From a virus (lineage: Duplodnaviria; Caudoviricetes), in IMG/VR virus record IMGVR_UViG_3300032260_000024, positions 1 through 24,804 of that record: DNA of 24,804 bases; one strand, 5' to 3'. Of this stretch, positions 6,386 to 16,272 are shown in pieces (the first letter of the stretch is position 1; every line of letters starts with the position of its first letter). Under the pieces are notes generated by a model, which made no database searches, had not been told where the DNA came from, and saw only the letters and a program-made list of their open reading frames with translations. A program made the translations under genes and the position numbers.

Positions 6386-8788
6386 ATGCCTCAAGACCGG
6401 CCGGGGATCGGCGAAGAAAACTCCGGGGAAAAGGTAGCCAAGCCGGTCAGTAATGACGATAATCTTGATATTTCCGTAGCCGAGCGCACCCACGTCAAGG
6501 AGTTGAAGGCGTGGGTTAAAAGATGCGAACGGCAGGAATGGCCTGATAACAAGACGATTGCGAAGATTTGCGAAGAAAACCGCACATACGTCGAAGGCAA
6601 ACAACACACTGATGGGGAGTCCGGACTTGTCCGGGCGAACCTCATTCAGGCCAGTATCCGCAGGACCACCAACCGAACATACGCCAGAAATCCCGAGATA
6701 TCGATCGTTCCCACGGAAGCGGTCAACGCCACGCAGTACAAACTTTTCCGAGCCTTCGGAAAAACCAGCGAAATTGTAGTAAATCACTTCCTCAGCAAAG
6801 CAAAAATAAAGAAAAAAGCGAAATCTAACCTCCGCGCCGCCAAGACGTGTCGAGTCGGCTGGCTGAAAGTCGGCCTGCAAAAGAACCTCAGGACCGATGC
6901 CCACATCAAGAGCCGTATCCAGGACCTCCAGGATAATATCCAAACCAATGAGGGATTGAAACTGGAGGTTACTGATCCAGACTTCAATCAGGAAGATAAC
7001 GACCTCAGGGAATCAAAAATACTCGAGAGACAGCAGTTAATTGAGTCCCTGAAACTCAAGGTCGAAGTGCTCCGCGCCGAAGGAATCACCCTTGATAGGG
7101 TAAAAACCGAGCACATGATCATCGACGTATCCGAAATAGAGTCCCTGGACGATTACGCTCAGTCTGAAAGGATCGGACAAAGATTTTTTATGTCTCCCAA
7201 AGTTGCAACCGAGCGATACGGGGATAAGGCCAAACATCTGAGCGTTTTCAAGCTCTCTGAGCGCGAATTATCGACCAGTGAAGGCACTTCGTACACCGAA
7301 GAAAGCGAAAAGCAGTCGAAGCAGACCAAGCAGTACGAGATTTGGGACCGCAAAAACCTAAAATATTACACGATTGGCGAGGGATACCCTGGCTACTTGA
7401 CGGAACCGGTATCCCCTCAGGACGAGGTTGGGGAACAGTGGTATCCGTATTTCCCCTTGGGCCTGAACAAGGTGGACGGGAAATTCTGGCCTCTCTCCGA
7501 TGTGGAGCTCATAAAAGAGTTACAGGACGAAATCTCCACCTCCCTCACCCAATTCAAAGAGCACCGCCAAAAGTCCGTTCCCTTCACGATTTTCAATAAA
7601 ACGTCGATCGATGAGGAGACGATGAAGAAAATCACCGACCCGAAGTTTATGGAATTCATCGGGATTGACGGGATTGCTGATAAGCCTTTGGATCAGATGT
7701 TCCATGAGGTCAAGCCAAATACAATCGACCCCCAGGTTTATGGGACTGCCCACCTTGAACAGAAGATGGAGCAGGTCATTGGATCCAATGAGGCGACTCA
7801 ACCGAAGAACAACCGGTCGAAAACCCTTGGTGAAGCGAAAATCCTCACCCAGGATGTAGCCACCGATTCGACCAGCGACCAGGACGACCTTGAAGAATGG
7901 TACGGAGATATCGCCCTTTACGTTTGGCAAATCCTCCTGAAAGTCCTCACCCCTGAACAGGTTGAACAGATTGCCGGTGAAGGTTCAGACTGGCCGAAAG
8001 CGCGTCAATCGCTCCCCACGATTTACAACCAGCTTCGGTTGCAGGTGAAACCAGGCTCCTCCGGAAAGCCCGACAAGCAGAGGGAGACTGAGACCTTGAC
8101 CACCCTCATGCCACCTATCACCGAAATGATCATGCAGATCGCTGATTTCAAGGAAAAGGGGCAGGATGAGCTGGCTGAGACTCAGACGAAAATCCTCCAG
8201 GAATTTTTGCGTAGGGCTGATGAGAAATTCGACGTTGCTGAGTTTTTCCCCGAGGATGACAATGCCGCGGAATTGAAGGCTCAAAAAGAGCAGGAACGGC
8301 AGGCTCAACAGCAGGCGCAATTGCAGGCAATCGAGTTAGATAATGCCGTGAAGCAGTCGGAAATCCAGAAAAACAACGCGGAAGCTGAGAAGAACATCGC
8401 CCTGGCAGAAGCCGCGCTGAACCCTCAACCACAGCAAGCCGACAATTCCGAGTTAGAAATTTTCAAGATTCAGGAAAAATCGGCCAGCGATATGAGAAAA
8501 GCTGAGCTCGACGCCGCTACCAAGGTGAAGATAGCTCAGGATAAGCTGACGGCAGACCTCGAAAAACAGCGTTTAACGAACCAGGCCCTTATTGAAGTCG
8601 CCAATATCGAAAGAGATACTGAGCTCCAAAAAGCTACTATCCAGGAAAAAATTTCCGACAAAAAACTGCTGGCCGAGAGCAACAATAAGGACAAGGATAT
8701 CGAAGGACAGAAGGAAACTGCCGAAATATCAGCGAAAGCCAAAGATGATGAAAAAAAGAAAGAGGCAAAGACTTCAAACGCTGAGTAG
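6386..8788 (+). CDS. Portal protein (podovirus type, long C-terminal helical barrel)
   Basis: 800 aa, downstream of terL. N-terminal NLI...I......YARNP.I, central YPYFPL...PLSDVELIKELQDEI, and a Q/E/A/K-rich coiled-coil C-terminus. Confidence 0.85.
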   Translation: MPQDRPGIGEENSGEKVAKPVSNDDNLDISVAERTHVKELKAWVKRCERQEWPDNKTIAKICEENRTYVEGKQHTDGESGLVRANLIQASIRRTTNRTYARNPEISIVPTEAVNATQYKLFRAFGKTSEIVVNHFLSKAKIKKKAKSNLRAAKTCRVGWLKVGLQKNLRTDAHIKSRIQDLQDNIQTNEGLKLEVTDPDFNQEDNDLRESKILERQQLIESLKLKVEVLRAEGITLDRVKTEHMIIDVSEIESLDDYAQSERIGQRFFMSPKVATERYGDKAKHLSVFKLSERELSTSEGTSYTEESEKQSKQTKQYEIWDRKNLKYYTIGEGYPGYLTEPVSPQDEVGEQWYPYFPLGLNKVDGKFWPLSDVELIKELQDEISTSLTQFKEHRQKSVPFTIFNKTSIDEETMKKITDPKFMEFIGIDGIADKPLDQMFHEVKPNTIDPQVYGTAHLEQKMEQVIGSNEATQPKNNRSKTLGEAKILTQDVATDSTSDQDDLEEWYGDIALYVWQILLKVLTPEQVEQIAGEGSDWPKARQSLPTIYNQLRLQVKPGSSGKPDKQRETETLTTLMPPITEMIMQIADFKEKGQDELAETQTKILQEFLRRADEKFDVAEFFPEDDNAAELKAQKEQERQAQQQAQLQAIELDNAVKQSEIQKNNAEAEKNIALAEAALNPQPQQADNSELEIFKIQEKSASDMRKAELDAATKVKIAQDKLTADLEKQRLTNQALIEVANIERDTELQKATIQEKISDKKLLAESNNKDKDIEGQKETAEISAKAKDDEKKKEAKTSNAE

Positions 8789-8789
8789 C

Positions 8790-8818
8790 TTGCGAGAATC
8801 TTGACGATGCGTTACATT
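8790..8818 (+). promoter_or_regulatory. Possible sigma70 promoter for the inserted module
   Basis: TTGCGA-N17-TACATT in the short intergenic gap after the portal gene. Confidence 0.3.
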
Positions 8819-8859
8819 GTCCACGAATATTATTGTAAATAACCAGCATGGAGGCGGCG

Positions 8860-9120
8860 ATGAGTGACAGTCAGTACAGGTGGGACTTAAAGATTGTTTT
8901 TATCGAGGGGGTAGAGTTAAAACCTCTTGAGAAAAAGATTTTTGATCTGGAAGATAAAGGCGATGGGTACGTGAAGCTTATTATGGTTGATCGTTTTGAT
9001 AAAGAGGGGAACCCCCATGTGACTTACCAATCGTTCAATAAGTCGCATATTTTATGCTTAACAATGACTGAACGAGACCGACCGACGATCATAGCGCCGT
9101 CGGGAATAATTACAAATTAG
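8860..9120 (+). CDS. Hypothetical protein
   Basis: GGAGG RBS before ATG 8860; fills the gap between the portal and the signal-peptide module. Confidence 0.65.
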   Translation: MSDSQYRWDLKIVFIEGVELKPLEKKIFDLEDKGDGYVKLIMVDRFDKEGNPHVTYQSFNKSHILCLTMTERDRPTIIAPSGIITN

Positions 9121-9134
9121 GGAGATATGGAGTT

Positions 9135-9605
9135 ATGAAAAAAATATTACTCGCAGTTTTATTCTTATTTTCCCTCATATCTACCTCCTATGCGGGGCCG
9201 AGTTTCTTCAAGGCGATTGATTGTAAGTTTGACGACGGCACGACTGCATTGCCATTCAAATACAACTCGACTGACGCATGCTCGGCAACGAAAGGTAATA
9301 TCGCTGTAGATACGGATTGGTTCCCGTCTGACATTACTATTAGTAATCCACAGCATTTCGACCCAGTTAGACATACTCTCCAGTTTTCCTGTCCAACTGG
9401 TACGGTCGTAAACCTACAGGTGGCGGGAACCGGCGTAACTGGAGACAAAGTGTATACACTTAACCAGGGAACCGCTCTAGGTGCGGCCGAAGGCCACCAA
9501 TTCAGCTTAATCGTAACTTCTGGAATGAGTTACAATGTCCAACACAAGACAGGCACGCAAAACTGTTCAGTCATGATCACAGAGACCTTTTCCGATGATT
9601 TATAA
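9135..9605 (+). CDS. Secreted beta-rich protein (Sec signal peptide, 4 Cys)
   Basis: MKKILLAVLFLFSLISTSYA|G; the mature part has four Cys. Confidence 0.75.
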   Translation: MKKILLAVLFLFSLISTSYAGPSFFKAIDCKFDDGTTALPFKYNSTDACSATKGNIAVDTDWFPSDITISNPQHFDPVRHTLQFSCPTGTVVNLQVAGTGVTGDKVYTLNQGTALGAAEGHQFSLIVTSGMSYNVQHKTGTQNCSVMITETFSDDL

Positions 9606-9813
9606 AAAATTAATCTATCTGCTTCTGGTTTTGTTGTGCGCCTTTGTCACATTTGCGTTCACCTTGCAAGGGTTGGATGGGTCTGCCATGCAAGGGGGTT
9701 CCCCGAAAATGCAGAGCCAGATTGTAGTCGAGCCACCGGTAGGCTTTAGCGTCATACGAAACGATGGTTCCAAGGTTTTAAGAAACGATAGCTCCGACAT
9801 TCTGAGGAATTAA
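9595..9813 (+). CDS. Small signal-peptide protein, possible tail-fibre adaptor
   Basis: MIYKKLIYLLLVLLCAFVTFA|F; repeated C-terminal VIRNDGS-VLRNDSS-ILRN; overlaps the previous ORF. Confidence 0.65.
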   Translation: MIYKKLIYLLLVLLCAFVTFAFTLQGLDGSAMQGGSPKMQSQIVVEPPVGFSVIRNDGSKVLRNDSSDILRN

Positions 9814-9816
9814 CCC

Positions 9817-12800
9817 ATGAAAAAAATATTACTTTTTCTTTTCGCACTGATTTTCTTCCTGGTCCCGCCGGCCCTGGCTGTTGATACTAAGGTTATTGAT
9901 GAAACCGGTATTGCGGCTGTAGCGGGTGAGGATGTTTTTTACTGTGTAGATGATCCCGGCGGTACCCCGCTGGATCGTAAGTGTACTTTTGACCAGACTA
10001 AAACTTTTATCAATGACGGAATGGTCGCTGGGCCGGCTTCCGCCACCGATGACGGAGTAGCCCGGTTTGATGGGACCACCGGAAAGCTTGTACAAGATTC
10101 AGGCACCACCCTATCCGATACAGGCGAACTTATCACGGATGGGCCGGTTGGCGTTGGCGACCCTGGCACGGAAGATTCCGGCGTCCCAGTCAACGGGGGC
10201 ACGTATGATAGTGCGCTAAAAGTAAATGATTTAGGTGGTACTGAACCCGCCCAAGCCGTTATCCACCGGCATTCAACAACGCTCCAAGCCGTTTTGATGG
10301 GCACCCGCTCAAAAAGCAATGATGATACCCACTCCCCTTTGACCAATAGTGATACCGCTTTTTCGATTTTTGGTGGTTATTGGACCGGCACCCATTATGA
10401 CCTTTTAGGATCCATTGATTTCCAGGTTCCGGCGTCCGGGACCGTTTCGTCTACTTCATCGCCTGGGGATATCGTTTTTAAAACGTCACCCGATGGAACG
10501 GACACTCCTGCCGAAGCCTTCCGGATAGGATCAGAGGGGGTGGTTACGCTCAATGATTTTGAGTTTGCCACGGAAAATTCCGCCGGGAAATTTACTTTTA
10601 TTGGGGAGTCATCCACCGACCCAACAGTACCCGCCGCCAATAATGGCATTCTCTACACAAAAGATGACGGGGCCGAAACCAAACTATATTTTAGAAGTAC
10701 AACCGGAATAACGGATCTTTTGGCGGGAGGGGGCGGGTCTTCACTTCCTGTTGCGGATACAACGTCCATAGCAGAGGGCTCTGCTGACGCAACAAAAGAA
10801 ATACGATTTGAGTTGGATGGGAATACGACTGGAACAACCCGCGTATTAACCGCTCCTGACTTTGACCTTGATTTAGGTTCGGTCATGGCTGGAGTCATTA
10901 ATGTAAAAAACTTTGGTGCCACCGGAGATGGGGTAACAGACGACACTGCGGCCATCCAAGCGGCAATTGATTTTGCAGAGGCCCAAGCGGATAAAGATCG
11001 ACAGCCCGTCCTATTCCCAGCCGGAAACTATTTGATAACCACAACCTCCTTGGTGATCCTAGAACGTGGGATGCGTTTGATTGGTCTTGGCGGTATTACC
11101 AGTCGGGAAGGACCTCCATTCACAGGAGCCACTCTCATTTCCCCTGACACGGGCGGTTTTACAATCCTCGACATTACTCCTGCCGATATAAGTTTAATCC
11201 ATGAAGGGGTGCAGATTGAAAACCTAAACTTTGTATCCACCGCTGTGGATAACTCCGGGTTCGGTATCGATTTCCAGAATATGAACCGGGGGTATGTGAG
11301 GGACGGTGGTTTTCGTGGGTTCAATAAAGCGATCAACATTCCCGCGGCGGATGACGACTTCGCTTGGTATCACTTAGAAAATAATATGTTCGACGATAAT
11401 ACAGTTGGCATATTCATCGCCGCAGATACGTCGGGTGGTCATGGAGCAATTGAAATATCCGGTGGAGACTTTAGTGTCGATGTGGGGCAAACCGGAATCG
11501 AGTTACAAAATGGGGTCGGGCAAGTAAGAATTCATGCTGTTGAAATGAATGGACAGGGCATTGGTATCAAGAATAGCGGCGGGCATAATATTATCAGTAA
11601 CAGTAATTTTGAGGATATGTCCCCTTCTATCCAGATTACAGGTGATGCAACTCAAAGCCACGGCGATTTCAATGTCATAAGTAATAATGCTTTTGTTGGG
11701 GACGGAGCAGGAACGGGGATAACCGTTGGGGCGGATTGTGTCAACAATGTCCTCATGGGAAATACATTCAGTAACTTGTCAACCTCTGTGTCTGATTCGG
11801 GGGCAAGTAATGTACGTGTTGATTCCGAAGGTATGGACTATTCTGCCTTCGGTTATGAATTTAAAATGAACAACCCTATATTTTCTGCAAACAGGGTTGC
11901 CATTTCAAATACGGCTCCTGCTCTTGATCTGGATGATACGGATGGCACCTATTTCCGGTTGAGGAGCCAAGGGGATTTATTTGCAATCAGGGACGAGGAT
12001 AATGTAAGAACACTAAACATTGACACCACCAATATTACAAACAGTACAACCGTTTCAGTTACAGCCCCAGACTTTGATGTAGACTTAGGTGGTATACCTA
12101 CAGGGTACATTAATGTCATGAATCATGGGGCGACAGGGGACGGGACTACTGATGACACTGCCGCTATCCAAGCCGCAATTGACGCATTGCCCACTAACGG
12201 TGGAGTTGTCTTTTTCCCGCATGGGACATACCTGATCACCTCTGCAATAACAACCACGCAAGCGGGGCTGGTACTACAGGGTGCCGGGGCCAAAAGGTTT
12301 AATGAGTCTGCCACGGGTGGAAGATATATTGGCTCAACGTTGCTCATGCAGGGAGCAACCAGGGATATCACGTACCTGGATATTTCAAGCTCTGGAGGTG
12401 TCGAGCATAGCGGTCCCAAGATTCGTGATTTGAATTTTATGACAGGCTCCGGTTCAGGCCACACTGGATTCCCTCGGATAGTCGGGAGCTCTGATTTAGA
12501 TTTTAATGATAACGGCGGGTCAGACGATACGATTGTGGCCGGCTCAAGCTGGACGGATAAATGGTTCACAAGTGGCGAGGATATTGAGGTCTTTGGTACA
12601 ACGGCAAATGATGGGGTTTATACCATCACCTCGATCAGCACGACAACGGTTACAAACGACACTCTCCACCTGGCCACAGGTTCGCTTGCCGGTTCCCAGG
12701 CTAATACAAGCGCATCTGTCAATGTTGCCGATATAGCTCTCAGAATTAACAGCATGAACCACTGGGAGATAAGTAACTCCAGCTTCATTGGTTTTAGGAT

Positions 12801-14082
12801 TGGTGTTTGGGCCTCAGAAACTTCTGGCGACGACAATGCGTGGAGCTGGATGCCTGGGAATTTGTTCAACAATAATATGATTGGTTTGCGTGGCGCCAAC
12901 AACGGAACGGGTAATGGCGCGGCCACACACATTGACGCAGGAACAATATTGGTTCCGGACAATGGCCTCGGTATATGGGTTCCGAACAACTCGCCATTCT
13001 ATAAGATCACAAATCAAAAGGGTGACGGCGGGGCCAACTCTACAGGAATCTTGATTGATGGGTATGCAACTGTCGTAGATAATGTGGCGTTTGAGGATGT
13101 AACATTCGGGGTAATCATTAATGCACCTGGCCCTCACGCCTCATCCGGAAAGTATAATCACATCATCGGTTGTCATTTCGCCAATGGGACTACGGCCATT
13201 ACACTTGGCACGGGTACTACCGACAACCAACTTATAGGAAACACCTATCAGGCAATAACGAACTATATCTCGGACAGCGGGACTAATAATACCGTCCTCG
13301 ACATGAGGCACAAGGCACTTGGTGGGCATGCCGAAGAACATACGTTTGCGACATCGGCGGCCATACCCTTAGACCTTGGCCAAGTGGAGCTTAGGCACGG
13401 CACGGACGGCGACGCGTTTACTTTGGCCGATGGGTTTGACGGGCAAACTGTAGAGTTAATATTTTCCAGGGACAACACGACGGGGTGGGTTAAGGTCACA
13501 CCCGCAAACCCGGACGGCTTCACCCATATTGAATTCACGGATCAAGGGCAGAAAGCAGTCCTTGAATTCAACAAAACAACCTTTGATACTTCCGGCTCCT
13601 GGCATATCGTAAGCAACACGGGCCGAACAATCGGAAATGATAAAGGGCTTCTCGATTCCAGTACAACGGGATCTGGTACAACGGCGGTAACAACCGAGGA
13701 AACTCTAGCAACCTTTTCCCTTCCTGCCAATTCCGTATATACGGCGGGTATGGGAGTTCGAGTTGTTGCGTGGGGGACAACGGGAGCTAATGGTAATGAC
13801 AAGCAAGTAAAAATAAAATTTGCTGGAGATACCGTGGCCGATACTGGAGTAGTTGCGGCAAATGGTATTCCTTGGCGGGTCACCACAGAAATAATGTATG
13901 CAGGTTCCTCTGCCAATGAAGCGAGTTCTTTTTCACTGTTCAATGACTCGGCTTCTTCGTGGTTCTACACGCGCTCAAACTCTTGGGGGAATGCCGTATC
14001 CATCACCATCACAGGTCAGAATGGTACAGCGTCGGCAAACGATATTGTGCTTGAAGGCTATAGAATAGAAATGATTGAATAA
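9817..14082 (+). CDS. Tailspike/tail-fibre-like protein with a signal peptide and two pectate-lyase-like beta-helix domains
   Basis: MKKILLFLFALIFFLVPPALA|V, then fibre-type segments (GPASATDDGVARFDGTTGKLVQDS; ATKEIRFELDGNTTGTTRVLTAPD). Two NV..[FH]GATGDG.TDDTAAIQAAID...[LF]FP.G.YLI motifs are each followed by an Asn-rich beta-helix. Confidence 0.85.
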   Translation: MKKILLFLFALIFFLVPPALAVDTKVIDETGIAAVAGEDVFYCVDDPGGTPLDRKCTFDQTKTFINDGMVAGPASATDDGVARFDGTTGKLVQDSGTTLSDTGELITDGPVGVGDPGTEDSGVPVNGGTYDSALKVNDLGGTEPAQAVIHRHSTTLQAVLMGTRSKSNDDTHSPLTNSDTAFSIFGGYWTGTHYDLLGSIDFQVPASGTVSSTSSPGDIVFKTSPDGTDTPAEAFRIGSEGVVTLNDFEFATENSAGKFTFIGESSTDPTVPAANNGILYTKDDGAETKLYFRSTTGITDLLAGGGGSSLPVADTTSIAEGSADATKEIRFELDGNTTGTTRVLTAPDFDLDLGSVMAGVINVKNFGATGDGVTDDTAAIQAAIDFAEAQADKDRQPVLFPAGNYLITTTSLVILERGMRLIGLGGITSREGPPFTGATLISPDTGGFTILDITPADISLIHEGVQIENLNFVSTAVDNSGFGIDFQNMNRGYVRDGGFRGFNKAINIPAADDDFAWYHLENNMFDDNTVGIFIAADTSGGHGAIEISGGDFSVDVGQTGIELQNGVGQVRIHAVEMNGQGIGIKNSGGHNIISNSNFEDMSPSIQITGDATQSHGDFNVISNNAFVGDGAGTGITVGADCVNNVLMGNTFSNLSTSVSDSGASNVRVDSEGMDYSAFGYEFKMNNPIFSANRVAISNTAPALDLDDTDGTYFRLRSQGDLFAIRDEDNVRTLNIDTTNITNSTTVSVTAPDFDVDLGGIPTGYINVMNHGATGDGTTDDTAAIQAAIDALPTNGGVVFFPHGTYLITSAITTTQAGLVLQGAGAKRFNESATGGRYIGSTLLMQGATRDITYLDISSSGGVEHSGPKIRDLNFMTGSGSGHTGFPRIVGSSDLDFNDNGGSDDTIVAGSSWTDKWFTSGEDIEVFGTTANDGVYTITSISTTTVTNDTLHLATGSLAGSQANTSASVNVADIALRINSMNHWEISNSSFIGFRIGVWASETSGDDNAWSWMPGNLFNNNMIGLRGANNGTGNGAATHIDAGTILVPDNGLGIWVPNNSPFYKITNQKGDGGANSTGILIDGYATVVDNVAFEDVTFGVIINAPGPHASSGKYNHIIGCHFANGTTAITLGTGTTDNQLIGNTYQAITNYISDSGTNNTVLDMRHKALGGHAEEHTFATSAAIPLDLGQVELRHGTDGDAFTLADGFDGQTVELIFSRDNTTGWVKVTPANPDGFTHIEFTDQGQKAVLEFNKTTFDTSGSWHIVSNTGRTIGNDKGLLDSSTTGSGTTAVTTEETLATFSLPANSVYTAGMGVRVVAWGTTGANGNDKQVKIKFAGDTVADTGVVAANGIPWRVTTEIMYAGSSANEASSFSLFNDSASSWFYTRSNSWGNAVSITITGQNGTASANDIVLEGYRIEMIE

Positions 14083-14103
14083 CCTTGGTATTTTGGAGAC
14101 ACC

Positions 14104-15204
14104 ATGACAATAGAAAATAAGCCGGAAGGCTCGGGTTCGGCTCCCGAAGATGGCGTAAAACCGGCCTCGCCAACCGATGAATCTACAAACCCTGCTGATA
14201 CGGGAGAGTCGCAGACTCCCACGGACGTAGAAGGCTCGTCCACCGCGAATGACCAGGCTGAGAAACCATCCTTATTGGATGCGATTGAACAGTCTATGGT
14301 CAATGAGTCAGGAGAACCGCTAGCAGATAAACCCGAGGTAAAACCCCAGGAAGAAGGCGCCACACCCGCAGACGCAGAAGCCCCAAAACCCGCGAAAGCG
14401 GAAGAAAAGGCCGAAACCGATGAGGAAAAAGCGCAAAAACTCCATGAGGTCCCCGAGGGCGTAAAGGAAGGCTCGAAAGCTCACACCAGATTCCAGGACC
14501 TTGTTTCAAACAACAAGCAACTGGCGATCGAGAGAGATTCCGCAGTCAGTGAAGCACAAACGATGCGCGAATCAGTAGCAGAGACCGGAATCAATAAAAA
14601 TGAATTCGGCGCTCTGCTGGGATATGCTTCTGAGAGAAAAAAAGGCGACCCGAAAAAAGCTTTGGCTTTTCTCGACGCCGAACGGAAGAATATTCTTCTT
14701 GAACTGGGTGAGGATATTCCTGCCCCTGATATCTTGAGCGATTTCCCTGATCTCCAAATTAAAGTAACCGACGGCGATTTAACCAGCGAGGATGCAGTCA
14801 AGCTTGCAAAGGCGAAAGTAACTGAGGCGGCGAGAGTAAAAGCCGACGAGGATGCTGATCTCCAGAGGCAAGCAGACAATGAGGCGAATGAACAGTTTGA
14901 AACCAACAAGGCGAAAGTCATTGCCCTTGAGCAAGGGTGGATGAAAGCTGACTTGGACTGGCCGGCAAAGAGAGAGTTAATGGCACCGCGTATAGCGGAA
15001 ATCAATAAACTCCCCCCTGAGCAATGGCCGAAGGCATTTGAAGATGCCTACAAACTGATCACGGACACCATCGAGGCTTCATCTCTCACGGCTAAAAAGC
15101 TCACCCCGGCCAGTCCGATTAATGGTGGAGGTAGTGATGAGGGCGGTGACACTGAACCCAAAACGCTACAAGAAGCTCTTGAAAAGGCGAACGGTTGGGG
15201 ATAA
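14104..15204 (+). CDS. Capsid scaffolding protein
   Basis: Acidic disordered N-terminus and coiled-coil middle (RFQDLV..NKQL); directly upstream of the major capsid gene. Confidence 0.75.
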   Translation: MTIENKPEGSGSAPEDGVKPASPTDESTNPADTGESQTPTDVEGSSTANDQAEKPSLLDAIEQSMVNESGEPLADKPEVKPQEEGATPADAEAPKPAKAEEKAETDEEKAQKLHEVPEGVKEGSKAHTRFQDLVSNNKQLAIERDSAVSEAQTMRESVAETGINKNEFGALLGYASERKKGDPKKALAFLDAERKNILLELGEDIPAPDILSDFPDLQIKVTDGDLTSEDAVKLAKAKVTEAARVKADEDADLQRQADNEANEQFETNKAKVIALEQGWMKADLDWPAKRELMAPRIAEINKLPPEQWPKAFEDAYKLITDTIEASSLTAKKLTPASPINGGGSDEGGDTEPKTLQEALEKANGWG

Positions 15205-15219
15205 TCGAGGGATAATCCC

Positions 15220-16272
15220 ATGCCAGTAACAGCAGACGAGATCGCAACCTCGGGAAAAACGGCGATTGATTTTCATCTCAAAAACAACCCGATCGATCAG
15301 GTAAAGATTGAACACCCCTGGTCAAAACGGTTGATGCAGACCAAGAAAGCTTATCCCGGTGGTAAGCAGTACATCACCGAGCAGTTGCGTTACCAGTACA
15401 ACAACAACTTCCAGTTTTACAATGGAAGAACGCAGGTAACGTACAACATCCGAAAATCCATCGAGCAGGCCCAGTACGAGTACAAGGGTGCGCACGATGG
15501 CTTCTCCCTGGACGAGGATCGCCTCGTTCGGAATGGTATTGCGGTCACTGATAACAAAAAGGCCGTAAGCACCCAGGCTGAGCGCGTTCAGCTTACCAAC
15601 CTCATGGAAGAACAGACCTCTATCCTGCGCCTCGGTTTCGATGAGCAGATGGAGAAAGCTCGACTCCGCGATGGTTCGGCAAGCACGGATGACATTCACG
15701 GCCTGGATCATTTGGTTTCTACCACTCCTGCACTCGGAACGGTTGGCGGTATCAATCGAGCCACGGCAGGTAACGAGTGGTGGAGAAACTGGGCAGTCGG
15801 GTCGTTGACGACCACGACCACGACCGGCACGATTCTCGACCAGATGGAACTCATGTGGAGAAACTGTACCCGAAACGGTGGAATGCCGAATTTCATCATG
15901 GTAGGTTCCGATTTCCTTGATGGATACCGGAATTTCCTTTTGAAAAGCTTCCACCAGATTCATACCATCGGAGGCGACAAGTTAGACTTCGAAGGTGGTG
16001 CAGGCCGTATCACGTTCAAAGGGATTCCGATGGTCTGGAATCCTATGTTTTCTGTTCTCGACGCCGAAGATTCCCCGACAATTGATTGGGAGAAACGGTG
16101 TTATTTCTTAAACATGAACTTCATTCGTGAGCGACCTATTGAAGGTCACGACATGATTTCCCGTAAGCCCCCACGCCCGTATGATAGATATGAGCATTAC
16201 TGGGGTCTGACATGGAAAGGTCAGGACACTCTCAGCCGCGGTAATGCGCACGCTGTACTGTCCATCGCCTAA
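15220..16272 (+). CDS. Major capsid protein (HK97 fold)
   Basis: 350 aa after the scaffold gene; GL..LV....GTVGGINRAT..WWRN, P.FI.VG and FKGIPMVW.P segments typical of podovirus capsids. Confidence 0.88.
   Translation: MPVTADEIATSGKTAIDFHLKNNPIDQVKIEHPWSKRLMQTKKAYPGGKQYITEQLRYQYNNNFQFYNGRTQVTYNIRKSIEQAQYEYKGAHDGFSLDEDRLVRNGIAVTDNKKAVSTQAERVQLTNLMEEQTSILRLGFDEQMEKARLRDGSASTDDIHGLDHLVSTTPALGTVGGINRATAGNEWWRNWAVGSLTTTTTTGTILDQMELMWRNCTRNGGMPNFIMVGSDFLDGYRNFLLKSFHQIHTIGGDKLDFEGGAGRITFKGIPMVWNPMFSVLDAEDSPTIDWEKRCYFLNMNFIRERPIEGHDMISRKPPRPYDRYEHYWGLTWKGQDTLSRGNAHAVLSIA

Noticed and set aside
9817-14082. Diversity-generating retroelement target
   Set aside because: The internal repeat is diverged at all bases rather than adenine-specific; no template repeat or reverse transcriptase in the window.
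15808-15825. ACC/ACG run in the capsid gene
   Set aside because: Simply encodes poly-Thr in frame.
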